This document shows, in pieces, positions 53,386 to 64,000 of a stretch of DNA of 64,000 nt. The stretch's first letter is position 1; every line of letters starts with the position of its first letter. Source of the DNA: Botryllus schlosseri. Taxonomy: Eukaryota. Below the pieces are notes generated by a model. That model was not told the origin of the DNA. It ran no database searches and was given only the letters and a program-made list of their open reading frames with translations. The stretch lies in NCBI GenBank assembly GCA_051294905.1, contig CM119371.1, positions 16,866,001 to 16,930,000 on the forward strand, written 5' to 3'. The translations under genes were made by a program, and so were the position numbers.

Positions 53386-53637
53386 GGTTATATCATTCCA
53401 AAGAATAGTGCAACTAAAGCCCCAATCACACAGTAGATGGGATGAATTAGATTATTGGGTTTCGCGACGTGAGTGGAACAGCGGACGACCATAATGTACA
53501 CCAGAGTTCTACGATCTACAGTAACTTCCGCACCCAAACCCCCCATTTGGAGAAGCTCGAAGAGGCTCAAAACTAATACGCTGGTCGTTTCTATCAGAAG
53601 AATCAGTCAATTGAAAATTTTCGTCGCGCGATTCTAT

Positions 53638-56105
53638 CAGACATGGGGTAATCGCGATTAGTAATCGTAATCGATTACGACGATTACAGCATTTTCAAGT
53701 AATCGTAATGGCAATCGATTACATTCGAAAAAAATCCAAAGTAATCGTAATCGTAATCGACTACTTCACATATCTAATCGATTTCTTTGTGAAAGAACGA
53801 TTACTTTTTGTTTGTACAATGAATTTGATATAACTGAACATTCGTGAACAAGGGAGAGATATTTACCAGGTTAGCGATGGCGCAAACGGTTGATTTTCAA
53901 ACGCCACTGCTCATTATTACGTCAGAAGTATTAGCATTGCTATTCCTTGCGTAAGAAGTATCCACACATAGTAAATATATATTCGATGTACGTACAATGT
54001 TGTGTGATTGTTAGAACTGTGTCAGCCATGCTGTATATCAGCTTATCAATACACTCCAGACGCCACTAATATAATAATCACCACTCTACCTATAATTTCA
54101 AATAGTAATTTATGTATTGATGTTTGGTTATGCTTAGTTAAAACCAGTTTGACCGTTGTTGCTTGGCGAGCAGTAGGCCTATCTATAGTATACGTATGTA
54201 TTGTACGTACACCGGACAAAGATTTGAAATTTTGTACTCGTCAAATAAAACATTACGATGTTTTAAATAAACAGCTGGTGATATCTATCATAACCGAGCC
54301 GTTCTTTGCCGGTTCTCGTAACGGCAGCTTTCAGTATCTGTAATAAGTGTACGGTAGAATTTTAAGTTCGCTTTATCTTATTCTCATATGACTCTACTTA
54401 GAACGGGCGCCAATCGTTATTTCACAATTCTTCACTCGACATTTATACCTGTCGCCATAGCCATCCGCTTGTACACCATGTTTGCATGGGTTGTAGGTAT
54501 AATCAGGACCAAAACAGCAATTCGTCCCCCACTCAAAACATTGGTATTGGTAGGGTTGTAACCAAAGTCACAATGTTCCAAGTCACAAGTCAATCTCACT
54601 TTTATAGTTTTGACTCGAGTCAAGTCGAGTCATTTTCAATTCACCCCCGAGTCAAGTCCGAGTCCAAGTCAGCTAGTATAGGGACGAGTCCGAGTCATAG
54701 TGTTTGACTCGAGTACGAGTCCAAGTCGTTATGTTCTCAGATCAGTTTTCAGATCATTCCGGTTCAACCCACTTTTTTCAACTCTGCTCGAGTGATATAG
54801 AATGGCTCGTGTTCATAATATAGTAATTTTCATCAGTTTTCACAGTTTACGGCCCTATTTCCAAGTCAGGACTGATAGACGAAATGCAAATAATGTGGTA
54901 ACTTTACTATTCTTCGAAGTTACATGGAATGTCTGTCTTGGCCGTTCTAGTCTCGAGTACAAGTCGAGTCAATACAAAAATTGACTCGAGTCGAGTCAAT
55001 TTACGCATTTGAAAAAATGACTCGAGTCAGATCTAGTCACCAAAAAATCGCGGCTCGAGTCGGACCCATAGGGTGGTCAGTTTTCAAGTTGATGACTGAA
55101 TTTCGTCAATAATATTGGTAATTGCATTATATTGCTATTCATTCAGATTTACCGGTAGAGCTGGCGGCACGTAATTCATAATTATAGCACATGGTATGTT
55201 GTTATAATTACTTTATTGCATGTTGTTAATTCGTGACTTCCCGTCTTTTATATAATCAAAAGATGCTGTAGTCGCCCAAACGTAGCAGACTAAAAGAAAC
55301 ACTTTCGTGAGACGCACACACAAATTGTTATGTCTTCATTCCTCTGTGAGTGCCCCGGTTGGCATTTGCATTGTTGCGGCTCAGATTGGAAGGACGGACT
55401 ATTCGTCACGCCCATAGAGCGCGGCTACAGACAATGGACACATACCCAAAGTTTTGGCCAAGGTCATCCTTTGGTAGCACACTTTGTGGAGTTGCATAAT
55501 GGCCAAAATTGCATACGTCTTTTGGTGTGTCGTGGCGGGGTAATGACCGCCATCGAAATGCCTATTCCTATAAATTATGCATGCTTTTTTTCTTGAGGGG
55601 GAGCGGTATGCATTTCAAAATCAAGCTATTTAGAGACATTAAATCCCGAAGCTCGAAGAAATTTTTAAAGTTCATTAACTCACTTGAAAATACTTTTGAG
55701 TCCCCTTAGAGCTCGCTCCCGGTGCTATTGGGGAGTTTGGGGTGTGGCAGTTACGGACCTGGCAAGAATGCAAATCGTTGGATGCGACGAATAGCCCTAC
55801 ATAGAGTTGGGCAATGGGTGCATTATGACGTAACAAGCAAATGACGTATGATTTATAAAGAAAGTTGTTATCTCATTAGACCTTTTCATCGCAAGTCTTA
55901 TATTGTCTTCCAATATCTCTTCTGAAATTAGTTCTAGGAAGCAAAACAAATGTAATCGTGAGTAATCGTGATTACTTTTTGAAATGTAATCGTAATCGAC
56001 TACTTCCTGATTTTGCTGTAATCATAATCGTAATCGTAATCGCGGGATTCACAAGTAATCGTAATCGCAATCGATTACATTCGTGAAGTAATCACCCCAT
56101 GTCTG
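53638..56105. mobile_element. hAT element with GTAATC/GATTAC repeats, containing nested repeats
   Basis: TIR cagacatgggg/ccccatgtctg, perfect TSD gattctat. Confidence 0.9.
54551..55069. mobile_element. GAGTC-repeat MITE (family of 11294-11791)
   Basis: Colinear with 11294-11791. Confidence 0.78.
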
Positions 56106-56726
56106 GATTCTATATCCCGAGCGGTCTATATTTAAATATTATTAAGAGTTACAGTTATGCGCATGGTTTAGAGAAATAAGCATTTAGGCTGCGGTAAGTA
56201 CCACGCATTTACCCGGACTATGATTCTAGTATAAGAGGTGGGCCGTAGAACATTTTCGAACCGGAAATGGAACACGGTCAAAGGAAGGTTGAGAATTTCA
56301 AGTCAATATCAGGGCCAGTAATTTTTGCAGATATCATAAGAAGTGTGGCCGGCCAGTTGGTGATCCACACAACATTGTTATCGTAATTTGCAAGATAATG
56401 CAACATAGCTCAACTTGGAATTAAAGTTTAGTCATCTATGTCGAGCACGCGTGCGGTTCTGGTAAGGTATACAAATATTTCACCTGTTTATTTATCTGTA
56501 ACGAAACAGCAAAACTATGGCACGCAGATATACGATTTTACATATCGATACACATATTTATACGTTGCACAAATCTTTCTTCCGTATACTTTCAATTTCC
56601 CAGTCGAATTTTAGGTGATCATTTTATTGAAACAAGAAGTTTTTGCTGTGTCGATATTGGTATTTGGCGTTTCCTCATCCTGATGCCAAGCATATCGGCT
56701 ACCTGAATGAAATAGGCCATGATGCG

Positions 56727-57009
56727 TGTCGTCTCCAAAAATGTCGACGATTGTATTAAGCTGGCTTTCTTCTGTTTCCGAACTGACACCAAACAAGAAC
56801 ACCAAATGGACGAATCTATTATTTGATGACGTTAAAAAATATCTCGAAACCCTGACAACATAATAGAATAACAAATATCAGCAAACCAGTACAACAACAA
56901 CATCAAAACAGACGACCTCCATCGCGTCACTCCACATATAAATGCACGTGCACCGCAAAGTGCTCGAGGTGGCGAAGGGTGAGCCATAACGAAATAAACC
57001 ACCGTGACA
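56727..57009 (-). repeat. 3' LTR
   Basis: Direct repeat of 61075-61357 with about 5 mismatches. Confidence 0.93.
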
Positions 57010-58244
57010 TTGCCGGCCCTGTGACCAACTGGAAACCGTCATTGTCAACCACAAAAGGTCACAACAAATTGATGAGAGGTGGTTGTGTAAAGAAATATTG
57101 CGAAAAATAAATCAGGACAGTTATAAGCGACGCAACTTACGAATGTTACGTTCGTAGGTTCCACATGCAGAACGAGCCCTAACTCTCCTGACTGAGCCAA
57201 TACAGTCGGGGCACATGATTAGGAAACAATCAAGAAATTGCCTTATTGACATGAGTACCTTAGAGGTCAATTATTTTACGAACACAAAATTGTGCAATAT
57301 CAGGAGCACAGGCGTCTCCAAAGACGCGAGAAGTCATCTGAAGTCAGAGCTACTGCCCGTTGACATACATTCAAAATTGACATAATGCCCTAACGAGCGA
57401 CGAATTGGGTATGAATATGATTAACAATTAGGATCAGCAAAATTGGCATTAAATGCAGAAAAATATCGTCTCATGAAATTTTCCGCAATAACAGAAGTCT
57501 TGTTATTGCAACCAAAGAAAATTAACGTCAGTAGAATACACACAATTTGTTCGAAGGGTTTTGTCGCAACCCATAAAACAGCCAAGTTATCATAAATTAA
57601 CTGTTGACTTTGTAATCCAGGAAACGCATAAGAACTTGTTACTAATAATAAGGTGAAAATCATTTACATCAATAAATGGGTGGAAATTGGACACGGCCTT
57701 CAGGTGTCATTGTGCATTTGTGCAACAATATCTGCACTTGGGGTAAGATTTACAATATCATGAAAGTGACAAGTACATCATTCAAGTTGCTGCCAGTGCT
57801 TTACCCGATTCCTTCAATGGATATGGGCACAAATTTAGGCTGACGCGGAAGGATGGCAGCGGTATTTATCAAACAAGTCAGAGGTTCACCACTGATAACC
57901 AATTGGTTTAGGAAAAACAAAGTACACATGCAGTTGGTAGCCCCAGAAATAAGGAATGCATGCCTGATAAAACTGGTAGAAACTACCAGACAGATGATTA
58001 TCACCAAGGGTGTGAACAGATGTACCGGACAATTTATCTCGGCAATTGCAGGAGATAGAGCCGTAATTGTGTTGTTACTGGCAACAACAATCGATTTAGA
58101 ATATACCGAACATTTGTATGCGTGACGTAATAAAGTGGCTTGAGCACAGTCACATCCATGAATTTTGCAATGACATGTAGATGGGTAATAATTGTGATCA
58201 TGATCACAGAATAAACAATTACGGCGTAACAGACTCTCTTCTAC

Positions 58245-58583
58245 CACCACAAGACCGACAAGATAGCGTAATGGTTAAGCGTCCGGCTTCTTGATCGGTA
58301 GGTCGTGGGTTCGATTCCCGGCCGGGTCAGACCAAAGACCTGATTAGTAACACTGGTATCCATGACTTCCCTGCTTGGCGCTCATGCATTACTGGGATAG
58401 CGTGGTGGGGTGGTGCATGACTTAGAAAGCCGTATAGGCTATATCTGCACTTCCTTGTCCTGCGGCATATGCACATCATGCACTCATGGTATGCATATGC
58501 ACAGATCGTGTGTATGTGTATCATGAGTCGGTGTATATGCCGCAAAAACATCAAGGACAAAAATAAACTACGTCCTTTCCTTC
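58245..58583 (+). mobile_element. tRNA-derived SINE family B
   Basis: A box tagcgtaatgg, B box ggttcgattcc, (CCTT)n tail, TSD cttctac. Confidence 0.88.
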
Positions 58584-59562
58584 CTTCTACGAGCCCATGA
58601 GGTTGCTGAACTTGCATCTTTTTGAAGTCTTCAAATTTGAAGAGAGGATGAAGGTCTTGAAACAGGATACATGATGAACGTAGCTTATTTTCAGCATCAT
58701 ATCGATGCACCGAGCTTGAATCCATAGATGTAGAATTCACCTTTATTGCAGTTTTGCGCGGATTCTTCGAGTACATCTTGTGCAGTACGTTTAGATCAAC
58801 ATCTTCGGGTTCAAGTGAACAATCAGATTCATTGTTGACCGGACCAAATGGTGACCGAGTCAATGTTGTCTTCTTCTTGACAAATTCAACGAAATCGTTG
58901 CGATTTGGATTAACACTGGCTTCTTCCAGGTGAATTACAGGAGATGAAAGTGGAATAACAGGACATTGAGCAGGCTGCAGCAGCTCACAATTGTGAGTGT
59001 TAACTGTTGCAGGGTGCGGAGTAATATCAATGGACATTTCACAAGTGTGAAAGCCTCGATTAAAGTTGGTCGCATCAGCCGCCCCACTACGGGGGATCCT
59101 TGGAGGCTGACCGAACCAAGTATGTGATATAAGCGGCTGCGAAGCCAGCCCATTACTGGTGGTCGAGTATTGAGAAGTAGAGGACCATTTTGGTTGCACA
59201 GCCGGCCCATTATAGGCTTCTGAGTACTGGCAACTGAATGGCAAATCTGGTTGCACAGCCGGCCCATTACAGGGGGCTGAGTACCGGTAATAGGATGTCT
59301 TTTCTGATAACGAACATCCTTCAACACACGTAGTAGGGCAAGTTGCAAAAATTTGACATTGCGTGGGAATGGCCAGAGTATTGAGAAAGTCTTCTGTGAG
59401 TGGTTTATAATCAATAGCATCGCCAACTGGCAGTTCTTTGTTATGGGCGTCATTACTATCCAAGCCGCAGAAACCTTTATGACTGGTCACAGAAGCTATT
59501 GATCCAAATTGTGACGAAACTGTTGCTTTATACCGTTCAAGTTTTGACTGAGCACTGAAAAG

Positions 59563-60540
59563 TAGGGATGGTGTGAACGCGAGGTTCACGTTCGTGTTCT
59601 GTGTGTGAACCTCAGAAATTTAGAGGTTCACGTTCACAAACGAACCTTGGTAGGTTCTGGACTGTGAACCTTTTGCATATATTAAAATTTTCACTTAATT
59701 ATATCATATTTGGTTGAAATTTATTGCATTTCAACTGCGGGCCACTCTATGCATGGCGCTGGCAGCATAACAATATCAACACCAAACGAGCATGCACCTT
59801 GACAATCTCAAATATATTACTTGCTTTGTTACAAAAGTTTGACGGAATATCCAGCTTTCCGTTTGTGAATATTTAGTGACTCTCTGCTGTGAGCTGGATC
59901 ACACAACATCAAGAGCGAAATATAGTACATGTATACAGCGAATGATGCTTATTCAACCAATCAATGGAATTGATATCGTTGTCTGATTAAAAAAATCTAG
60001 CCTGCATACGGGGCCAGGGTGAATATTGACTTCATATGTTTGTTGTATCATAAAAACCAAATCCGTGCAATTGGGGAATTGGCTACTGCTGTAAAACTTG
60101 TTAATGGGGTAACATCGGTCGCAAATACAGAATAACCCGTTTTACACTCTGCTCAATATCAACGTAGCCATACTCAGACGCTAAATGCATTGTCCGGTCT
60201 GGCCTAGACCGAGGCGTAAGCTTATATCCCCTTGTAAGTTCTCATCGAAATTGTTGGTGACGGAAGATTTTGATTTTATTGGATTTTTATATCATTTGAA
60301 TTCCCCAGTTGATACATTTGGCGACGTTTAAAACGTCAGCATTGTGGCATTATGCGAACGAGTCTTCGCTAGGCATCGTGCGCATTAATATAGGCTATCA
60401 CTTCACTGAAATGTAGGGTTGGAAGTAGCAATATGACGTCGCGTGACGTCATGAAGTTCACGTTCGTGTTCACGCAGAACCTTTCAAAAAGGTTCGCGTT
60501 CACACGAACCTGAACCTTTCAGAGGTTCACACCATCCCTA
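59563..60540 (+). mobile_element. Intact TAGGGATG/GAACCT-family hAT MITE
   Basis: TIR tagggatggtgtgaac/gttcacaccatcccta, perfect TSD ctgaaaag. Confidence 0.94.
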
Positions 60541-61074
60541 CTGAAAAGCTCCCATTCCAACCTTTTCAAATTGTCTTCCCCTTGCGTCCTCAATGTCTGT
60601 AAGTTGTCAAGTGACGTACTTACACTTTCAGCAGTAATAAGTTTACGGAATGTGTCATCTGCAATATTCTTGGTATATAGACATAGGTCATGAAATGACA
60701 AAATTCCTTCTAATATTAATTCGGCATGGACACTGCCCTCGGTTATCTTTTCTTTGATACCGGTAGTAAGTTTGTTCAACTGGGTATTTACTCGATAGAA
60801 TGTCTCGTCGAGACTGTCTTTTGCAGATAGAACAGTTCGGGGAGTAGCTCCGCTCAAACATTCAGTAAAATAGGCATCGGCAGCGTGGAAGTCTCTCGCT
60901 AGACCGGCCAAAATATTGTCAGTGGCTTGCATATCGAAGCCACTGAGTGAAATCGCCTGATCGGCATCAATGTCTTTTCTTGGACCAATAGTAATGTCAT
61001 TGACTTGCGCATCGAAGTCTTTGACTCTTGATTGGAGCATTTGTAACGTAGGCAACACTCGATTTTTTAACCTT

Positions 61075-61357
61075 TGTCGTCTCCAAAAATGTCAACCATT
61101 GTATTAGGCTGGCTTTCTTCTGTTTCCCAACTGACACCAAACAAGAACACCAAATGGACGAATCTATTATTTGATGACGTTAAAAAATATCTCGAAACCC
61201 TGACAACATAATAGAATAACAAATATCAGCAAACCAGTACAACAACAACATCAAAACAGACGACCTCCATCGCGTCACTCCACATATAAATGCACGTGCA
61301 CCGCAAAGTGCTCGAGGGGGCGAAGGGTGAGCCATAACGAAATAAACCACCGTGACA
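61075..61357 (-). repeat. 5' LTR
   Basis: Direct repeat of 56727-57009. Confidence 0.93.
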
Positions 61358-62391
61358 ATGCGTATATTTTGTTAGTTTCCATTTCACAGAAGCTTTAGCG
61401 TCTAGAGAGCAAACGACGCCCATGCTATATAAGATGTGAACTCAGCTCGGATATCATGGAAATAATATCTATCAGCTTGCATAAAATAACCATTAGGTAT
61501 CAAATCAACACGAGTACTGAACGACAACGTTTCAAGCTCTAAAGTTCTGACTAGCATTGAGGAAGTTTAAAAGCTAAATAAACCAAATCATGACAACACG
61601 CATTCCCGTATTGTTCATAGAGTGACATCCAGTGGTTACTATAGTAACTTTGGCCCTGGGATTTATATATCTTTACGACTATTTGTTTGAGTTTCGAAAA
61701 GCATTGTACAATGTACATACGTTAAAAAGGGAGAACAAACCCAACAAATTCGACAAGAACGTGAACAAGTTATCGCGATAACCTCTGCATCTTTATAGGC
61801 GAGTCAACTTATTCAAGCTTGTTTTATTTATTCGCGCGCAACGTCGGCACACTATGAACGACATTTAAATCCATATTCTCAAATACCATAGCTTGTCTTG
61901 TAAGTTTTATTTTATTTTTCATTTTCACAGCCGGCTATAACATGTTAGATGATGGATGATGTAAAGTTACTTGGAGTTGTGATCATAGTTATCAGCGTTG
62001 CTACTCCAGTAGAATTTATAGTACCGCCGAAAATTTCGACTCAAATAAAATGCAAAAACAAGTATATATTTCCAATGCGTGTCAAAGCTGCTTAAAGTGG
62101 AAGCAGAAATAGAATCTTCTAAAAAGCACTCACGTAAGTAGTTTTGGAAAGTACATTTAGTCGCGGGTTCGACTAGCTTTGCCAGTTAATCAGGTAATCG
62201 TGTATACTTTGTAAATTGCTGGAAAAATCTTTGCGACACTAGAGCAAAATTACCAATGACTATATAAAGTTGGGCGAGTGCAATCTTCGACGATTTGATC
62301 ACTGGTCAGCCATTTCTCCGTTGGGTATTTCACGCGATTCTAGTGACGATTTCACGCATAAGAGAATCGTGTGGCGAGACAGCGCAGTGGT

Positions 62392-62850
62392 ATAGAGTGA
62401 CGTACGGTCCAATGAGGCAGGTGAGGCAGTGCCTCACCTGTCGTCAGGGTGAGTAAGTGAAAATTGTAAAAACCCTCCATGAGTCGATGATTATTGATAT
62501 TTTACATCGATGTTCATAAATGACTAAATTAGAACATTTTTTCACCCAACATCAATTTGCATAAATATTATTCAAAAATACAGCGCCAGCGTTGAGGCAC
62601 AGGTGAGGCACGGGCGGGTCGTGCCTCACCTGAGAAAGTGCAATTCATCATAAATAGCTCTGAATTCATAACAACTGGTATCAATCAAATGCTATCGTCT
62701 CACTGACTCCAAAAATCCAAATATTAACAGTGTCAGAGCACCAGACCCCCCCCCACAATCGCCAAGGAAGGTGACATTTGGCTTTATTACAGAAAATGTC
62801 ATCTCAGAGAAACAATAGCCAGGTGAGGCACAAACGAATCTGCCTCTTGC
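62392..62850. mobile_element. Left part of a MITE with GGTGAGGCA/TGCCTCACC repeats, cutting a SINE-A head (62372-62391)
   Basis: Repeated gaggca motifs. Immediately preceded by tggcgagacagcgcagtgg. Confidence 0.55.
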
Positions 62851-64000
62851 ACTATTAGCTAACAACCGGACAATCGCAGCACAGTGAAACGCGCTATCGA
62901 TTTCGGAATACAACAGTCTTGTAGGAATTATATAGTAGCAACGGCCAATACGTATTGCGGAGCAAATACATTACCTTATTTATGTAGCTGTGATTTATTT
63001 TCCGTTAAATTGTGGTATGTGATAGCTACTAGTATAGGGTCATTGCCGTTGTTTGTGGTATTTAAGCCGTGTTCAACTGCAATACCTACAACCATAGGCA
63101 CCGAGTTACGGGGTGGCGGGGAGGCGCAGCCACCCCCTGACACATTTATGGGGTGACGGCCACCCCATACAAAATGCTTCAACGCCCGCCGTCTGTCAAT
63201 TAGCGAGTCCTGTGATATCGCGTAAATGCCAACTATTTACCATTTACCGAATACCGATACGCGCGCCAATAATTGAATCCGCAGCTTCGTCGGCGACGAC
63301 GAACTAGTGCTTAAAACGCCCCAATAAATTGTATTCCGTCATTAGTAATCAATAATCATACAATCGAAGCGACCTCGTTCGACCTCGTTTACGACGACCA
63401 TCTCCTCTCTCGACCAGACGAGCGAATCCACGTTTTACTTATTAGGTTGTATTTGCGCGCATATTCGTTTACAAATGAATTCTTAAGTTAGTTTCATGAG
63501 TCTCTTCAATTAAAGCGCGAAATAGGGCAGTGTGTTTCTGTATGCCTGTGAATTGAAAGTCATTCCGGCGTAAAGTGCGCATATTCGTTACTCTAACAAG
63601 GCTTTGCTAACTTTTATCGGAAAATGCAGCAATGCAGCTCAAACGTCGTTATAATGAGCCAACAATTGTCGCGAGGTCAGACTCGGAACCCCATTGTGCT
63701 GTACGCAAGTCGATGTACTACTGATTTGATTAGATGCGCGCTTTCTCGTTTGCTGTCCTATGTAGGCTACTAATTCTTGTCTGCTTTATAAACTGGTATT
63801 CCCTCAATGTCACTTGTCAGTGTTTAATTTGTTATTAACACTGAGCATTGTGCAGTGCTCGGCGTCGAATTACGTTGTCGAATATTGATGCAACACGAGA
63901 TTCCCGGTGACGCAAATTATGAATTTATTCGATTAGTTTGAGCGGGAGTCTTCTATGTTCCAACAAACGTCATTGCTGGACTGACTTTATTGGGCGCAAC

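Larger units (their letters stand above)
57801..61058 (-). pseudogene. Gag-protease-like ORF (~640 codons) split by a MITE and a SINE
   Basis: Removing each insertion plus one TSD joins EWELF|SAQSK and HGLVE|ESLLRRNCLFC in frame. Confidence 0.82.
56727..61357 (-). mobile_element. Non-autonomous BEL/Pao LTR retrotransposon
   Basis: 283-bp TG...CA LTRs and 5-bp TSD atgcg. Protease-like HAFLISGAT..IEGIG. Pol C-terminus GSVRRVRARSACGTYERNIRKL (about 57121-57219) resembles DUF5641. No RT or integrase core seen. Confidence 0.9.

Noticed and set aside
58253..58330. tRNA gene (also 8490-8546, 14230-14298, 16565-16638, 23684-23752, 25615-25690)
   Set aside because: Each continues into a repeated body, several with tails and TSDs, and none has a Pol III terminator after the cloverleaf. 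They are SINE heads.
58327..59589. Stand-alone 420-aa host gene
   Set aside because: Its start lies in a MITE and its last ~85 aa are antisense SINE. It is the middle of the LTR-element ORF.

Overview
This is AT-rich, repeat-dense animal genomic DNA, not prokaryotic. An invertebrate deuterostome such as an ascidian is my inference from the transposon families and intron style. Most of the window is nested transposons: over 20 hAT-type elements and MITEs with 8-bp target-site duplications (TSDs), Kolobok-like and P-like MITEs, and three tRNA-derived SINE families. It also holds a decayed RTE-like LINE, a full-length I-group LINE with a 14-bp TSD (39826-49920), and a non-autonomous BEL/Pao LTR element with a 5-bp TSD (56727-61357). 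One host gene can be rebuilt on the minus strand, a multi-exon NACHT/NLR gene (ATG at 36657, NACHT exon 27059-25885, decayed exons down to about 12500). It looks pseudogenised. Its second coding exon encodes an N/V/Q/G-rich, amyloid-like (RHIM/HET-s-like) peptide rather than a death-fold domain, which is the best novel-system candidate here. All coordinates and TSDs were read by eye; no database searches were run.
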